The translations under genes were made by a program, and so were the position numbers. The notes under the pieces were generated by a model. That model made no database searches, was not told the origin of the DNA, and saw nothing but the letters and a program-made list of their open reading frames with translations. Below are positions 37,501 to 45,200 of a stretch of DNA of 64,000 nt, one piece after another (position 1 is the first letter of the stretch; the number at the start of each line of letters is the position of its first letter). The DNA is from Thermoplasmatales archaeon SW_10_69_26 (lineage in GTDB: Archaea > Thermoplasmatota > SW-10-69-26): assembly GCA_003009755.1 (NCBI GenBank), contig PXUB01000042.1, positions 55,821 to 119,820 of the forward strand, given 5' to 3'.

Positions 37501-39299
37501 CCGTCGTCTCCGAGTGGGGCGGCGGCGAGCTCGCCGAGCTCAAGGAGTGCAGCGACCCCGACTGCAACAACGTCGGCACCACCCGCGCCGACGTCATCCC
37601 GCCGCGGGAAGCCGACATGGGCGTCGACGTGGCCGTGGTCGCCGATCCGCCGCTCGTCGTCGGCGAACCCGTCGACGTGCGGGTCACCGTCACGAACGAC
37701 GGACCGGCCACCGTGCCCGCCTACGAGGTGCGACTGCTGGCGGGCGTCGTGAGCCTGCTCGAGGACGACCCGCTGCGCGTGACCGACCCGCTCGCCCCCG
37801 GCGAGACGTGGACGCGCACCGTGCGGATGATCCCCGGCTTCGGCGGCAACCTCGACCTCGTCGGCCAGGTCAGCGCCGACGAATCGCTCGTCCGCGAGCT
37901 CCGGGGTCTGCAACCCGGCGGCGGTACGTTCGACGACGACAACGTCGACGACCGTCGCATCCCGGTCGTGGCTCGCGGCCTGTCGGTCGACGTGCCTCGC
38001 GCCATCGACGGTCAACCGATCGCCGACAACGGCACGCTCGAGGTCCCCGTCACGTTGACGAACCTCGGCAGCGAGGAGCTGAACGTGAGCGCGGCCGCCA
38101 GCACCGACAGCGGCATCGGCACGCTGGTGGACGAGGACGGGGACCCGCTCGGGTCCGTGGACCTCGCCCCCGGCGAGGCCCAGAACGGGACGCTGCTGCT
38201 GCTCTACGAGCAGCTGCCCGACGCTGGCCGGCAACCGGTCACGATCGACGCCGTGAGCAAGGCCGGCGTGGAGCGCGCCTCGGTCGACGTCGACGTGCCC
38301 GCCCGCACCGACGTCGGGGTTCGACCCGTCGTCGAGCGAGCCAGCGCCGGCAAGGTCCAGCTCCCGATCACGGTGGACGCCACCGGGAACTCCCCGATGG
38401 AGGCCCAGATCGCGATCGACGCGCCCGGGCTCACGCCCGCGTCGCAGACGGTCGAGCTGGCCCCCGGCAACGCCACCCAGGTCACCGTCCCGACATGGCT
38501 GGACGCCTCTAGTGCCTCCACCGTGGAGGGCGAGGTCGTCGTGCGATCCGATACCCTGACACAGAAGGCTCCCTTGCGCATCACACAGGACGGCGACGTC
38601 ATGCCCACGATCGAGGACGCCCGCCCGACCGGCGGATCGAGCCCGCACACCTGGGTCGAGGTCTCCAACCTCGGCTCCACGGCCGGCAGCTTCGAGCTGG
38701 CGCTCGTGCAGGACGGTGAGACGCTCACGACCGAGACCGTGCGCGTCGACGGTCGCTCGACCGAGAACGTGACCCTGGAGGCTCTGCCGGACCCCGGTCC
38801 GGCCCAGGTCCAGCTGACCGCGCCCGCGACCGACGCCCAGCTGAACTGGACGATGGACGTGCCGGACCTGCAACCGGACATCCGGGTCCTGCACGCCCGC
38901 CTGGACCCCGTGTCGCCCGACGAGGGCGAGACCGTGGACGTGCAGGCGACGATCGCCAACGAGGGCGGCAGCGCCGTGGACCTGCGTCCGGGCCTGTTCG
39001 TCGACGGCGTGCTCCACACCGTGTCCGCGCAGACCCAAACGGTCGACCCGGGCAGCGTGACGAGCGTCTCGTTCGAGTGGACCGCCGACGGCGGCGAGCA
39101 CACTCTGTCCGTGAGCGCGGACCCGCAGGACCGGATCGACGACGTCCGCGCCAGCGACGACGCCCTCGCACGCGAGGTCGAGATCCAAAGCGGGTCGGCC
39201 GCCGGTCCGCTCACCGTGGACCTGCTCCCGCTGCACCCGCTCGCGGCGTTGGCTCTGATCGCCGCGGCGGCCTGGCTTCGGAGGGATCACAGCGGATGA
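25533..39299 (+). CDS. Giant surface protein (~4590 aa): beta-sandwich repeats, Cys-rich FN3 x4, CARDB/NEW3-like domains, C-terminal anchor
   Basis: Uninterrupted 13.8-kb acidic ORF; signal peptide KRAFTILLALMTIVPSIVPAAA; four DLSx(W/F)xGxxVxLxF-type motifs; CARDB-like PDLVVED..VRVQNVG; ends PLHPLAALALIAAAAWLRR. Start uncertain (CTG 25533 or GTG 25524). Confidence 0.9.
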   Translation: MKRAFTILLALMTIVPSIVPAAAQQPDPGPEDPAPEQPPEEPPEQPPEEPPEEPPEEPPEEPPEEPPEEPPEQPDPPESPADESPRATYFSEDFDDLSGFAQLQLEGDRNSESLWHVEPFGENGSKAAVLSDSQGLPRGLHQGIASPAVDLTPIPSLVQDQTANSAAEAGVERGSRASQEAVRSAVASEDTLDYFDDLSRNPVFEIGDLTLPQGQASLTLIHSFNFDRTQNEQGEAVSGFAVEARTPGGEWTPVQASALVEPAEEADAPGPRKQAEGVNVPGNVNPCSIEQSTQDILDSLPFRDVDEEAIPGYQECDQDGLSTEAETEANQYLITIGDTTFQVSTGPANNGTVQDEGAPLLPNAYIQPLDQRGYTGTSDSDDDGQADVVGHQFDLSPWAGKHVELRFRAGTSAVTEVPGGFWAIDHAEIKAPARSADLRVNLTAPSLDHEAPPERALDDRGLEEQFPVRAEIQNVGFTAQDGPFEVEFTIRQDGEPVDQTVVEADPGQLGFLNTTTVQYNLTALGSTPYQISAEIVSQHPDQRPTNDADADLLPVGVDESASIDIRPATTVTEPGELLSTTVVVEPDSNVPINGTLSLTAFPYDPETQLPIGDGKIELGEQQIQLPRAADKHPAGVEDALESAEFTRTLPKGAYLLVAQIGDSTSQTPIGVGTPPPPVLSEDFDRVDPGPESFSLTTDSGEWTARPAGDVRPVPSVIDPGSIVNGSAWVPLSHESTTLRPEGGENVTSGSVNQPSLPACPTPLILSVVVDEAGVECEVGEGGDRVGTPLVLRSPEGTQRIHAMATEVPLHDASEAKLEYLSSLVPPKGGSGVSEARVYVATDQDTQDLESQLTNPERCAPVSQAVDETAPNQTDLLAQGPCETVNPEPRERFLVQSVFDLEEIIRCELPKALETGGEAVTDVTCPGQSGGSQAACPSTGGAGAEGEVCTVSEPTQLAALAPMLSGTLVARHDEAHTWQRNAVDLDAWAGQNVTVGFVYIGESQEARQSYNVRPYGDVEPFAGAGVDFRSSVAGTATDPLSGTIGYEPTGQSQGAFLSSRVSVESDEGVKLEPTDTDRIRNRVVNTAQTVRPGTADTGWNTIGYDHATGLGDAETPLRSAAQVLTGNGDPVAEGAQAGDGIELGTREETDSGVELFPRRLHEDAKKAGQRAPSSLRAHADDPAVTVLGSPTIDLTGSENPHLRFRQKFDLQTEEGAQLVNEEFNLSKLASTLDLPSNVTNEKECAVGQRDAEAGPGGANVTLEGFHCLLEERRSQDDDYNVQNEILNPAVAEPSVSAGLYVRASPVGEDETQLVEPVDGYRYPIEDSAGFQPTLDYTVNSPDSYPGYQTGFSTNSAGDEAVWNQPVYKEARQPSFAGTPAWAGDSDVDGDDEADWVTSELDLSAFGGERVKLEFVLVGRQNHTTPGDPTEDAGTLLTEEPWSLDDIEVVESDVEGEVEIQSLDWPTTDLPVVTPGTDLPVRTTVTTPTGLDQTIHAKAVLVDANGCVRGSDTVQAQFENDAGRTEPMPPGATLTMPDMVIDGSNVDGATPWDVLVGVDVGQEPSVLAPSSVETRPIQGDVSRQISTGALDVSEGATIDMAAQDANCEPSADILTVTPQNTRPSVTKDVTDDRELTFEVLSDDAEEPDPGCDAARIVGDTRRSFGETGSCAPILLAVSEGQGSDAGGESLLLYSDQAPADSSENRTARVEAPSQRVPVGSPIEVSVDVPRDLDQAAMHVIDPSAPSPDPQRVWGGLGTTLDATEDTRIPLTLEDAGPKLLVLTGDSEDHPSTIGGTLVVGTNADSAGDPTVIDNKAEITTIAGEQEQLAVTDVSVTPSSALSTTSRTIEAEVQNTGTTTLENVTVEFSTEGTLVAEKSRSSLRAGESATFTVPDFSPGGEPSIVIRVDATSNEGLTATGAASARSLVEIGSLTPLENANSDGWNVQGDQAQFQNPETSEAPADTTGTVDLVRQATRAEEGARLEGLAGVAVQLDHKLDMEERFDGGQVVLSNDTGTRPLSVGDATKEMGPFSPIGGEALTGFRDRPDETVKLDTADASTEQLVEQTAVDRFGFPLLTDDPEDEPEPDAIVDCASRTFIDDQISVDRSQPYCEHAQATIPTPSTAMSRGVFHLQPSEFLSGEDSWTAEHDNGDEYNITVNEATSYVFLEGGRDLVASAQDQGKLSIAFEEARQLDPFFEARERPMSVEVCARFMSVEDDGNVTVRQEPDVVRRCTGLTHDESGDQLLEKPWSKTIVSIGNIPETGPGQDRYNIVRLELSLQQDRRSDDGTGLIGDGEDTRDSQGLDQPIRGWFVGPVTASAGDTEKTWTPDARALTQTDPNTGASAGQLDAAIDPGDNPGSDRREKQIDQFSAVGLTDVDIVKRSDGEVQTLTGKSTVSGIDDRRAKDDPTFKLPLTACAWSRAGSCSWTQIVDTYLGSNWGSTQDDKIQALATAPFAMNLTCSQPADLPFEVDNTNSDAKGDDDPPTASGCDRTTDLPGMGVQVLDSSTIDRGSGNACGDAEVGSPVLWRTRCLRGERWDASSTTTDENGDSIRFTNRPLEASVPGRLSDLTAQPNDTTSIEVTFDGQNGDLRVYACQRTDPLDCTVDDHFDALTLVDGDESPYVHEDLPEDSRWCYQVVVPNSPAANQRFRTACSSTLRSPASVTSFEARPNGTTSITVEWDRNDLDQHADADRFNVTRCTLQDHQDDSSACGSYADPVEEVDDGERFVDEDLDPGVYCYRIWAVHDRGGEDDLASDPVVDCGATDEGGDAVTGLFVQRESDPYERVLDFETVDREIEGRAPNLTVRWNNYTADGGGQTNYTVDRCDPQGDVDCWSGEGFETTNNQTVTLQSRYVDDEDLDTADRRCYRVIATTGEEPRSAPSNIDCGTTVETPSAPRALDVRRGADSSGDLRYTFDAPARDGGAIVENYTIERCSLSTVDDSCEDGEYTTVDNRSTAPAGDISETFETGSGPHCYRVSAVNVAGAGEPAVDCGTARGGEIGGQTPLRSKGHSLDYRIVMPVDLRFAADQAQVWAEPDFEELTKEDGNKDLSVSVRAQARIQGQDTWEDVPQCVTKERTDSNCNTGWQPVSGIATGNNLDLSRFVGQQVELAFRVQMAHPAVQVDPPSGDPEPALALNDVTVEAGYLQLVDLDMLLKAFTDPSIQGEGWNVRGVQLFGLPIKANVGLTDIDSKTLVEDELHVHTDTSAERDVFMSAAANVTVYNQGVEPETVPLEASLQARTSSSDPWQFSTSQGWTETDDPGIGADGKCNVDIRPDEVDLEPGRSKQIATRIVFTPEDGSGWLDPKNTPEDELLAQCFPASLGTSDSSYDFRLQINASEVPEGDYVSSDDRIEQTVRPNPFRDNLGDYRSHSPGLGIEDFSVEPTRPAPGQPVRVTANVSLTDQTSRGADIELRLVDPATGEIQRSLSGTDADTPITTFAPYRTTSLNWTLTDVPEGESMVNLTAEITRTNLENEEEVPTDSAAGWMARGSVEDDVRGYASDDVGALRTGGDARYQGGNTTYVTTQGQNEGDDGSVGILERCRSVVDPESGETCLNQGSDGELAAVIGTPWMKLEDSPPPLIGVRARWNFDSEDQNEDDPGHPVASGWAVQVCHVEEVRSGQCPINTRDDGDSGTEDGWAWRTVDVLRTSDGTLTEAVNPDSVLPRGECDDRQNSETTCSAVSEDWANMKTGDDVMTNTSAGFARDRSEEGAFRTVIASGTECPDLGEQHCPLSWNQTDGGDRDDHYRVRLVAFSSDNSRNDELTVSDITIAPVGLTGSQRQDTSGFPIPEKAPKAVPMNLDSLGEIGTKVDASVDEPEGWDASIDGLPATSTVEEGTEPRLLVEAPISPSGISQSATLNPRFGVQAEPLRSIEEVVPIGVQAGQHPDLVVEDVERTDDVKKGDETLVQVRVQNVGFETSEEVEVTGVARYDDGQVNLLEPPKDQDKVTLPALPPGVEETVVLKWTPSQSGNATVRVGADLTRAEPLSGPVVSEWGGGELAELKECSDPDCNNVGTTRADVIPPREADMGVDVAVVADPPLVVGEPVDVRVTVTNDGPATVPAYEVRLLAGVVSLLEDDPLRVTDPLAPGETWTRTVRMIPGFGGNLDLVGQVSADESLVRELRGLQPGGGTFDDDNVDDRRIPVVARGLSVDVPRAIDGQPIADNGTLEVPVTLTNLGSEELNVSAAASTDSGIGTLVDEDGDPLGSVDLAPGEAQNGTLLLLYEQLPDAGRQPVTIDAVSKAGVERASVDVDVPARTDVGVRPVVERASAGKVQLPITVDATGNSPMEAQIAIDAPGLTPASQTVELAPGNATQVTVPTWLDASSASTVEGEVVVRSDTLTQKAPLRITQDGDVMPTIEDARPTGGSSPHTWVEVSNLGSTAGSFELALVQDGETLTTETVRVDGRSTENVTLEALPDPGPAQVQLTAPATDAQLNWTMDVPDLQPDIRVLHARLDPVSPDEGETVDVQATIANEGGSAVDLRPGLFVDGVLHTVSAQTQTVDPGSVTSVSFEWTADGGEHTLSVSADPQDRIDDVRASDDALAREVEIQSGSAAGPLTVDLLPLHPLAALALIAAAAWLRRDHSG
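25635..25752 (+). repeat. 12-bp coding tandem repeat, (P)PE[EQ] x ~10
   Basis: PEQPPEEPPEQPPEEPPEE... with synonymous codon variation; a linker right after the signal peptide. Confidence 0.9.
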
Positions 39300-42200
39300 G
39301 GGCTGCCCCCCTGATCCTGCTCGCGCTCCTCGTGCCCGTCGGGTTCCTGATCGTCACGGGCGAGGAAGCCCAGGCCCAATCCGGCGGCCCCGACTGGTAC
39401 GACGAGGACTGGCCCTTCCGGCTCGTCGTCCAGGCCGACCGGACGGCCCAGGTGACCGATCTCGGTGAAGCCCGGTCCGATCTCGTCGGCTACGAGATCG
39501 CCTTCGACGACGCCCTCGACCGGGCGCAGTGGCCAAGCTCGCTCGTGACCGCCTCCGACCCCTCCTCCATCGTGGTCGTCCCCTACGGATCGCTGGCGGC
39601 CGGCACCCAGCCGGGGGACCCGCTCCCGCGCACCGTCTCCGACCCGGTCTCGACGACCGGCAGTTGCGAGGTCGGCGAGATCTCGCGCTGCCTGATCACC
39701 TGGGAACGCGTCCCGGGTGCGAAGGCCTATGGCATCTACTGGGCGCCCGATACCGCCAACGTCGACGTGCCAGACACCGGCGAGGGACCCCAGCTCGTCG
39801 GCACCACGATGGGCCAAGAGCACTGGGCGTTCTTGCGTCCCTTCGACCAGCCGGACCTCCACGTCTCCCCCGTCCCCGACGACGCCCGGATCACCGCCTT
39901 CACCGCGACCGGTCAGCAGACGATCTACGCCGACGGCAGCGGCTCCAACTGTGAGACGCGCAACGACGTGCTCACGTGCTCGGTGCCCTCCGTGAAGGTC
40001 CGCGTGCTCACCAGCGAGCCGACGACCACGGTCGTCACCGAGAACAACGGACCGGCGACGTACCCGCTCGTCGGTCCCCAGGGCCAGGTCGGCAACGAGC
40101 TGCACGGCGTCATCCCCGGCGGGACCTGGGACGAACCGCCCGAGCTCGTGCTCTGGGCGCACAACGGCTCCTGCAGTGGCGGATGCGAGGTCGAGGTCAG
40201 CCCCGCGTCCACCCGGCAGAGCCCGGTCACCGTGACCTCCTCGGCGGCCGTCACCGTCGAGCTCTCGACCCGGACCGACCCCCAAGCCGTCGTCGCGGAC
40301 GCGCCCGGCGACGAACAGATCCACGCCGCCTTCCGCGGGCCCGGGTTCATGCCTGTCGACGCCCGCGACGCCGAGCGGACGAACACGTGGCTGCCCGTCG
40401 ACAGGTTCTTCTCCGCCCAGACCCCCCAACCGACCCGCGTCGATCTCAACGACATCAGCAAGTCGAAGGTCCTGCAAGAGGACCGCCGCGTCGATCCGCC
40501 GATCTCGCAGGTGTCGCTGGACCCCGAGACCGACACGCTCGAGGTCGTCTCCGAGGACCCCGTCTACACCTACGCCGGCCGGATCACCGACCTGACGGAG
40601 GCCACGCACCAACCGATCCCCGCCCGGGATCGTCTCCCGGTGCCGGCCAACGCCCGCCTGCTGGCGCTCACGCCCCAACTCGGCGGCGCGACGCAGACGG
40701 CGAACCTCGAGTCCGTCTCCGGTCAGGACCCCACCACGCAACTGCTCCGCCTGTCCGCGGGGGCCTCCCGCGGGATCGTGGACCCCGGCAACGAGCCGTC
40801 CGTCGTCGGCGTCGACACGAACGCCCCGATGGGGTTCGTCGTTACGAACGAGGGAGCCGGCGACAGCAACCTGTTCGGTCAAGCTCTCGGCGTCCGGCAA
40901 CCGGTGCAGGCCACCGTCGACAGCGCCGACTACCTCGCCGACGCCATCGACATCGCCGTCACCCCGCAGAGCACGTTCGCCGGCTCCGGCGCCGTCGTTG
41001 ACTTCAACGTCACCGTGCGGAACCTCGCCCAGGGCTCCGGTGGCTCGGTCCCCTCGCTGTCGGTCGACCTCAGCCTCGATCCGATCGGGACCGCCGAAGG
41101 CAACGTGTCCACCACGCTGGAGACCTCGACCGTGCAGCTGCCCGGCGAAGCCGATGCCACCCGCACCGTCGGGGTCTCGGCCCGCGTCGCCGAGGGCCTC
41201 AGCGACGTCGTGCTGCCCCTCCGCGTCAACGCGACCGTGGAGGGCGCCGACGGGCTGACCGCCAGCGACAAGTCGCGTATCAGCGTCGTCACCATCCGGG
41301 ACTTCCAGTTCACCTACACCGACGGATCCAGCGAGCAAACCCAGACCGCGCAACCCGGCAGCACGAACACCTTCGACCTGCAGGTGCGCAACACCGGCAC
41401 CGTCCCCTCCTCGATCACGCTCGAGAAGGACGCCTTCGGCGGCGAGGGCTTCGACACGTGCCTGCGGGTCTCCGGCGGCAGCTGTTCGTCGTCGATCACG
41501 CTCGAGGACATCCAACCGGGGAACACGCGCACGGCCGAGCTCCGCGTGGATTCGCCCGACAAGGAGTCCGAGGACCGCCTGGAGGTCACCGTCCGCGGCG
41601 AGCTCGCAGACAACGCCGGCCCCGTGCGCACGGTGGACGCCACCGTGTTCCTCAACGTCCCCGTCGTCGCGACGATCGACACCGATCCCTCGCGCCTGCA
41701 GTTGACGCCCGGGGCGAGGGAGACCGTCGACGTGACCGTCATCAACCAGGGCGTGCAATCCGACGCGCGCCTGTCCTTGCCCAGCTCCGGCGGCGCGATC
41801 AACGCCACCCTCGTCGATCCCGAGACCGGCGAACCCAACGCCACCCTGTCCCAGCTTCTGGGCCCCCGCAACACGCAAGCCGCCGTGTGGGAGACCCAGC
41901 TCGAGATCGAGGTCGCCGAGGACGCACCGCCCGGCCTGCGCACCGAGACGCTGCTCGACCTCCGCCTGCAACCCGGCGGCGGACTGCCCTCGTTCGGGAC
42001 GAGCAGCAAGGTCAGCGTCCAGGTCATCCGCCAGCTCAGCAACGAGCCGTTGAACGCGCCCACGATCCCGCCCGGCACCGCGACCCGGGTCGAGGTCCCC
42101 CTGCAGATCGGCCTGTTCGGGGACACCAGCGTCGACGTGCGCCTCGACAGCGCCCCGCCGCTGTGGAACGTGACCCCGCCCACGGAGCTGAGCTTCGACG

Positions 42201-45200
42201 AGGACGGCCGCAGCCTGCTGGCGTTCAACGCGACCCCGCCCGCCGGTGCCGAGCCCGGGAACGCGACCGTGTCCTTCCGCGTGCTCGACCCCCTCGGCCC
42301 CGGCGGCGTGCTCCCCGTCGACCTCGGCGTCGCCCGCGGCGGACAAGCCGAGATCTCGACGCGCGAGCGCCTGGGCGTCGCCATGGGCAGCCCGACCGTG
42401 CTCCCGCTGACGATCCGCAACGTCGGGAACGAGCCCTTGTCGGGGGACATCGTCCTCGAGAACGCGCCCGGCAACGTCACGCTCACCACGCCGCCCTTGC
42501 CGACCCTGGCGCCCGCGAACGGCACGACGACGCTGCCGGCGACGATCACCGCTCGCGAGAGCGTCGAGGGCCCGGTCTCGGTCGGCGTGCTCGACGGTAG
42601 CCGCCGAGCCGGGAACACGACCGTGGACCTCGTCGCCGATCGCGCCGAGATCTCCCTCAGCCCGAACCTCATCGTCCCCCAAGAGGATCCCAGCCCCGGC
42701 GAGAGCTACCCCGTGACCGTTACCGTCAACAACGACGGCCGCGTACCCGTTCGCAACCTCACGGTGGCCCTGCTGGAGAACGACGCTCGCCTCGCCGACC
42801 GCGCGATCGAACGCCTGCCCGCGAACGGTTCCGCGACGGTCACGATCGAATGGCTCCCCGACGAGGAGGTCAGCCGCTCGGACCTCAGCGTCCACGCCGA
42901 CCCCGACGGCCAACTGATGCAAGACCGCGAGGACGACAGCCTCGGCTTCGACGATGCCAACGAGACGCCGGGTCCGGGCCTCGTGTTGCTGTTGCTCTCG
43001 CTGGCGGTCCCCTCCGGGCTCAAAGGCACCTGGCAGCTGTTCAGCCGACGCGAGCGCTGGCTCGCCATCGGCGGCGTCCTCCTGTTGCTCGTGCTGATCC
43101 CGGCCCTGTTCATCCCGGCGATCACCGTCGACCAGTCGCCGGCCGACGCCAGCACACCCGAGGAGTTCAACGACACCGACGCCGACGGCGTCTCCGACGC
43201 CGCCGAGGTCACCCGCTACGGGACCGACATCCAGAACAACGACACCGACGAGGACGAGGTCCCCGACGGCTGGGAGGCCCAGTACGCCCGCTTCAACCAG
43301 ACGTTCAGGGATTTCCGCCCCGACCCCGGTCGCCCCGACGCCGGCGAGGACATCGACGAGGATGGCCTCACGAACCGTCGGGAGTTCGAGGCCGGGACCC
43401 ACCCCCACGAGTCCGACACCGACGAGGACGGGTTCCCCGACGGGTGGGAGGTCCGCTCCGGGCTCGATCCGACCACGGCCACGCCCGGCGACGAGGACTG
43501 CTCCGGCAACGGGCTCACGAACCAGGAGGAGTTCGAGCTCGGCACGTTGGCGTGCCTGACCGACAGCGACCGCGACGGCATCCCCGACACCGCCGAACGA
43601 GCCGGCGAGTGGACCTTCCAGGACGAGGACTACGAGTTCGACCCGACCGACCCCGCCACGCGGTCCACCGGCGGCTCCGGGTCCCCCGACGGGTGGCTGC
43701 TCGTCCACGACCTCGACCCGCACGTCAGCGAACACTCGACCGCCGACCCCGACGGGGACGAGCTCTCCACCACGCGCGAGTGGAAGCACACCGAAGCTCG
43801 CGGCTTCGCCGATCCCGGCAACTGGTCTGAGGGGCTGGACCCGACGACGGCCGACACGGACGGCGACGGCCTCCCCGACGGCTGGGAGCTCCGCAACGGG
43901 CTCGATCCGCTGGACGCCGAGGACGGCAGCCTCGACTCCGACGAGGACGGCCTCACCAACGGGGCGGAGTTCCAAGCCGGCACCGATCCCGAGGCCGCCG
44001 ACAGCGACGGCGACGGGCTCTCGGATGGCGAGGAGGTCGACGGCTACGAGATCACGGTCGACGACGAGACGACCCAAGTCCGTTCCAACCCGCTGATCGG
44101 GGACACCGACGGCGACGGCCTCACCGACTTCCAGGAGCGCGAGGGCCGCGTCGAGGATCGCAGTTTCCCCGCGACGAACCCGCTGAGCAGCGACACGGAC
44201 GGCGACGGGCTCTCCGACGGCGGCGAGGTGTTCGCCCTCTCCGGGCCCGACACGCTCGATCCGACCGTCTCCGACAGCGACAACGACGGCCTGCTCGACG
44301 GCGAAGAGTGGGACCTGTGGATGGGGAAGGCCGAGCAAGCGCGCTCGGACGCGGGCTACGCCGCCCGCATCGACGCGCAGACGCGGCGCTCCGTCGACGA
44401 CATCCCCGCGATCCTCGAACCGACCGGCGACCTCGACGACGACGGGATGCCGAACGTCCTCGACCCGAACGCCGACACGCCCGAAGACCTGTCCTCCCTG
44501 CCCGAAGCCGAGCAGGAAACGCTCGTCGACGGCGAGGAGGCCTTCCCGCCCTCGCGGTCCGGACGCACCCTGCCCACCAGCGACCCCTCGCTGCGGGACA
44601 CCGACGGCGACAGCCTGCCCGACAGCTGGGAGCGCGAGTACACCGAGTTCTCCTCCGACGTCGGCGGATGGCTGCTCGACCCGCGCCGAGCCGACAGCGA
44701 CGGCGACGGCACCCCCGACAACGAGGAGGACCTCGAGACCGCCTGCTACAGCGACCGAGAGATCGAGGGCGACGGCGTCCCCTGGTTCAACTTCGCCTAC
44801 ACGAACGAGCTCGAGCTCGAGCGCGGCACCGACCCCCTCGCCTGCGACAGCGACGAGGACGGGCTCCCCGACGGATGGGAGATCGAGGGCGCTCGCCGCA
44901 TGCAGTCCTCCGGGCTGCAGGTCCAGCTGAACCCCAACAGCGAGGACAGCGACAGCGACGGCACGCTCGACGGTGACGAGACGAGCCCGACCGGTGTCCC
45001 CAACACCGACGCGATCCTCTGGGCCGAGGACCCCGCCTGCACCGACGGCGCCCCGAAGACCGGCAAGGGCGTGTGCCTGTACCGCTGGGGCGGGGGCGAC
45101 CCGGGCGTCCCCGACCGCTCGATCCCCACCGACCGCACCGACACGTCGTTCGTCCAGATCGCCGACGACCGATGCGACCCCGGTGAGCGCTGCCACCTCG

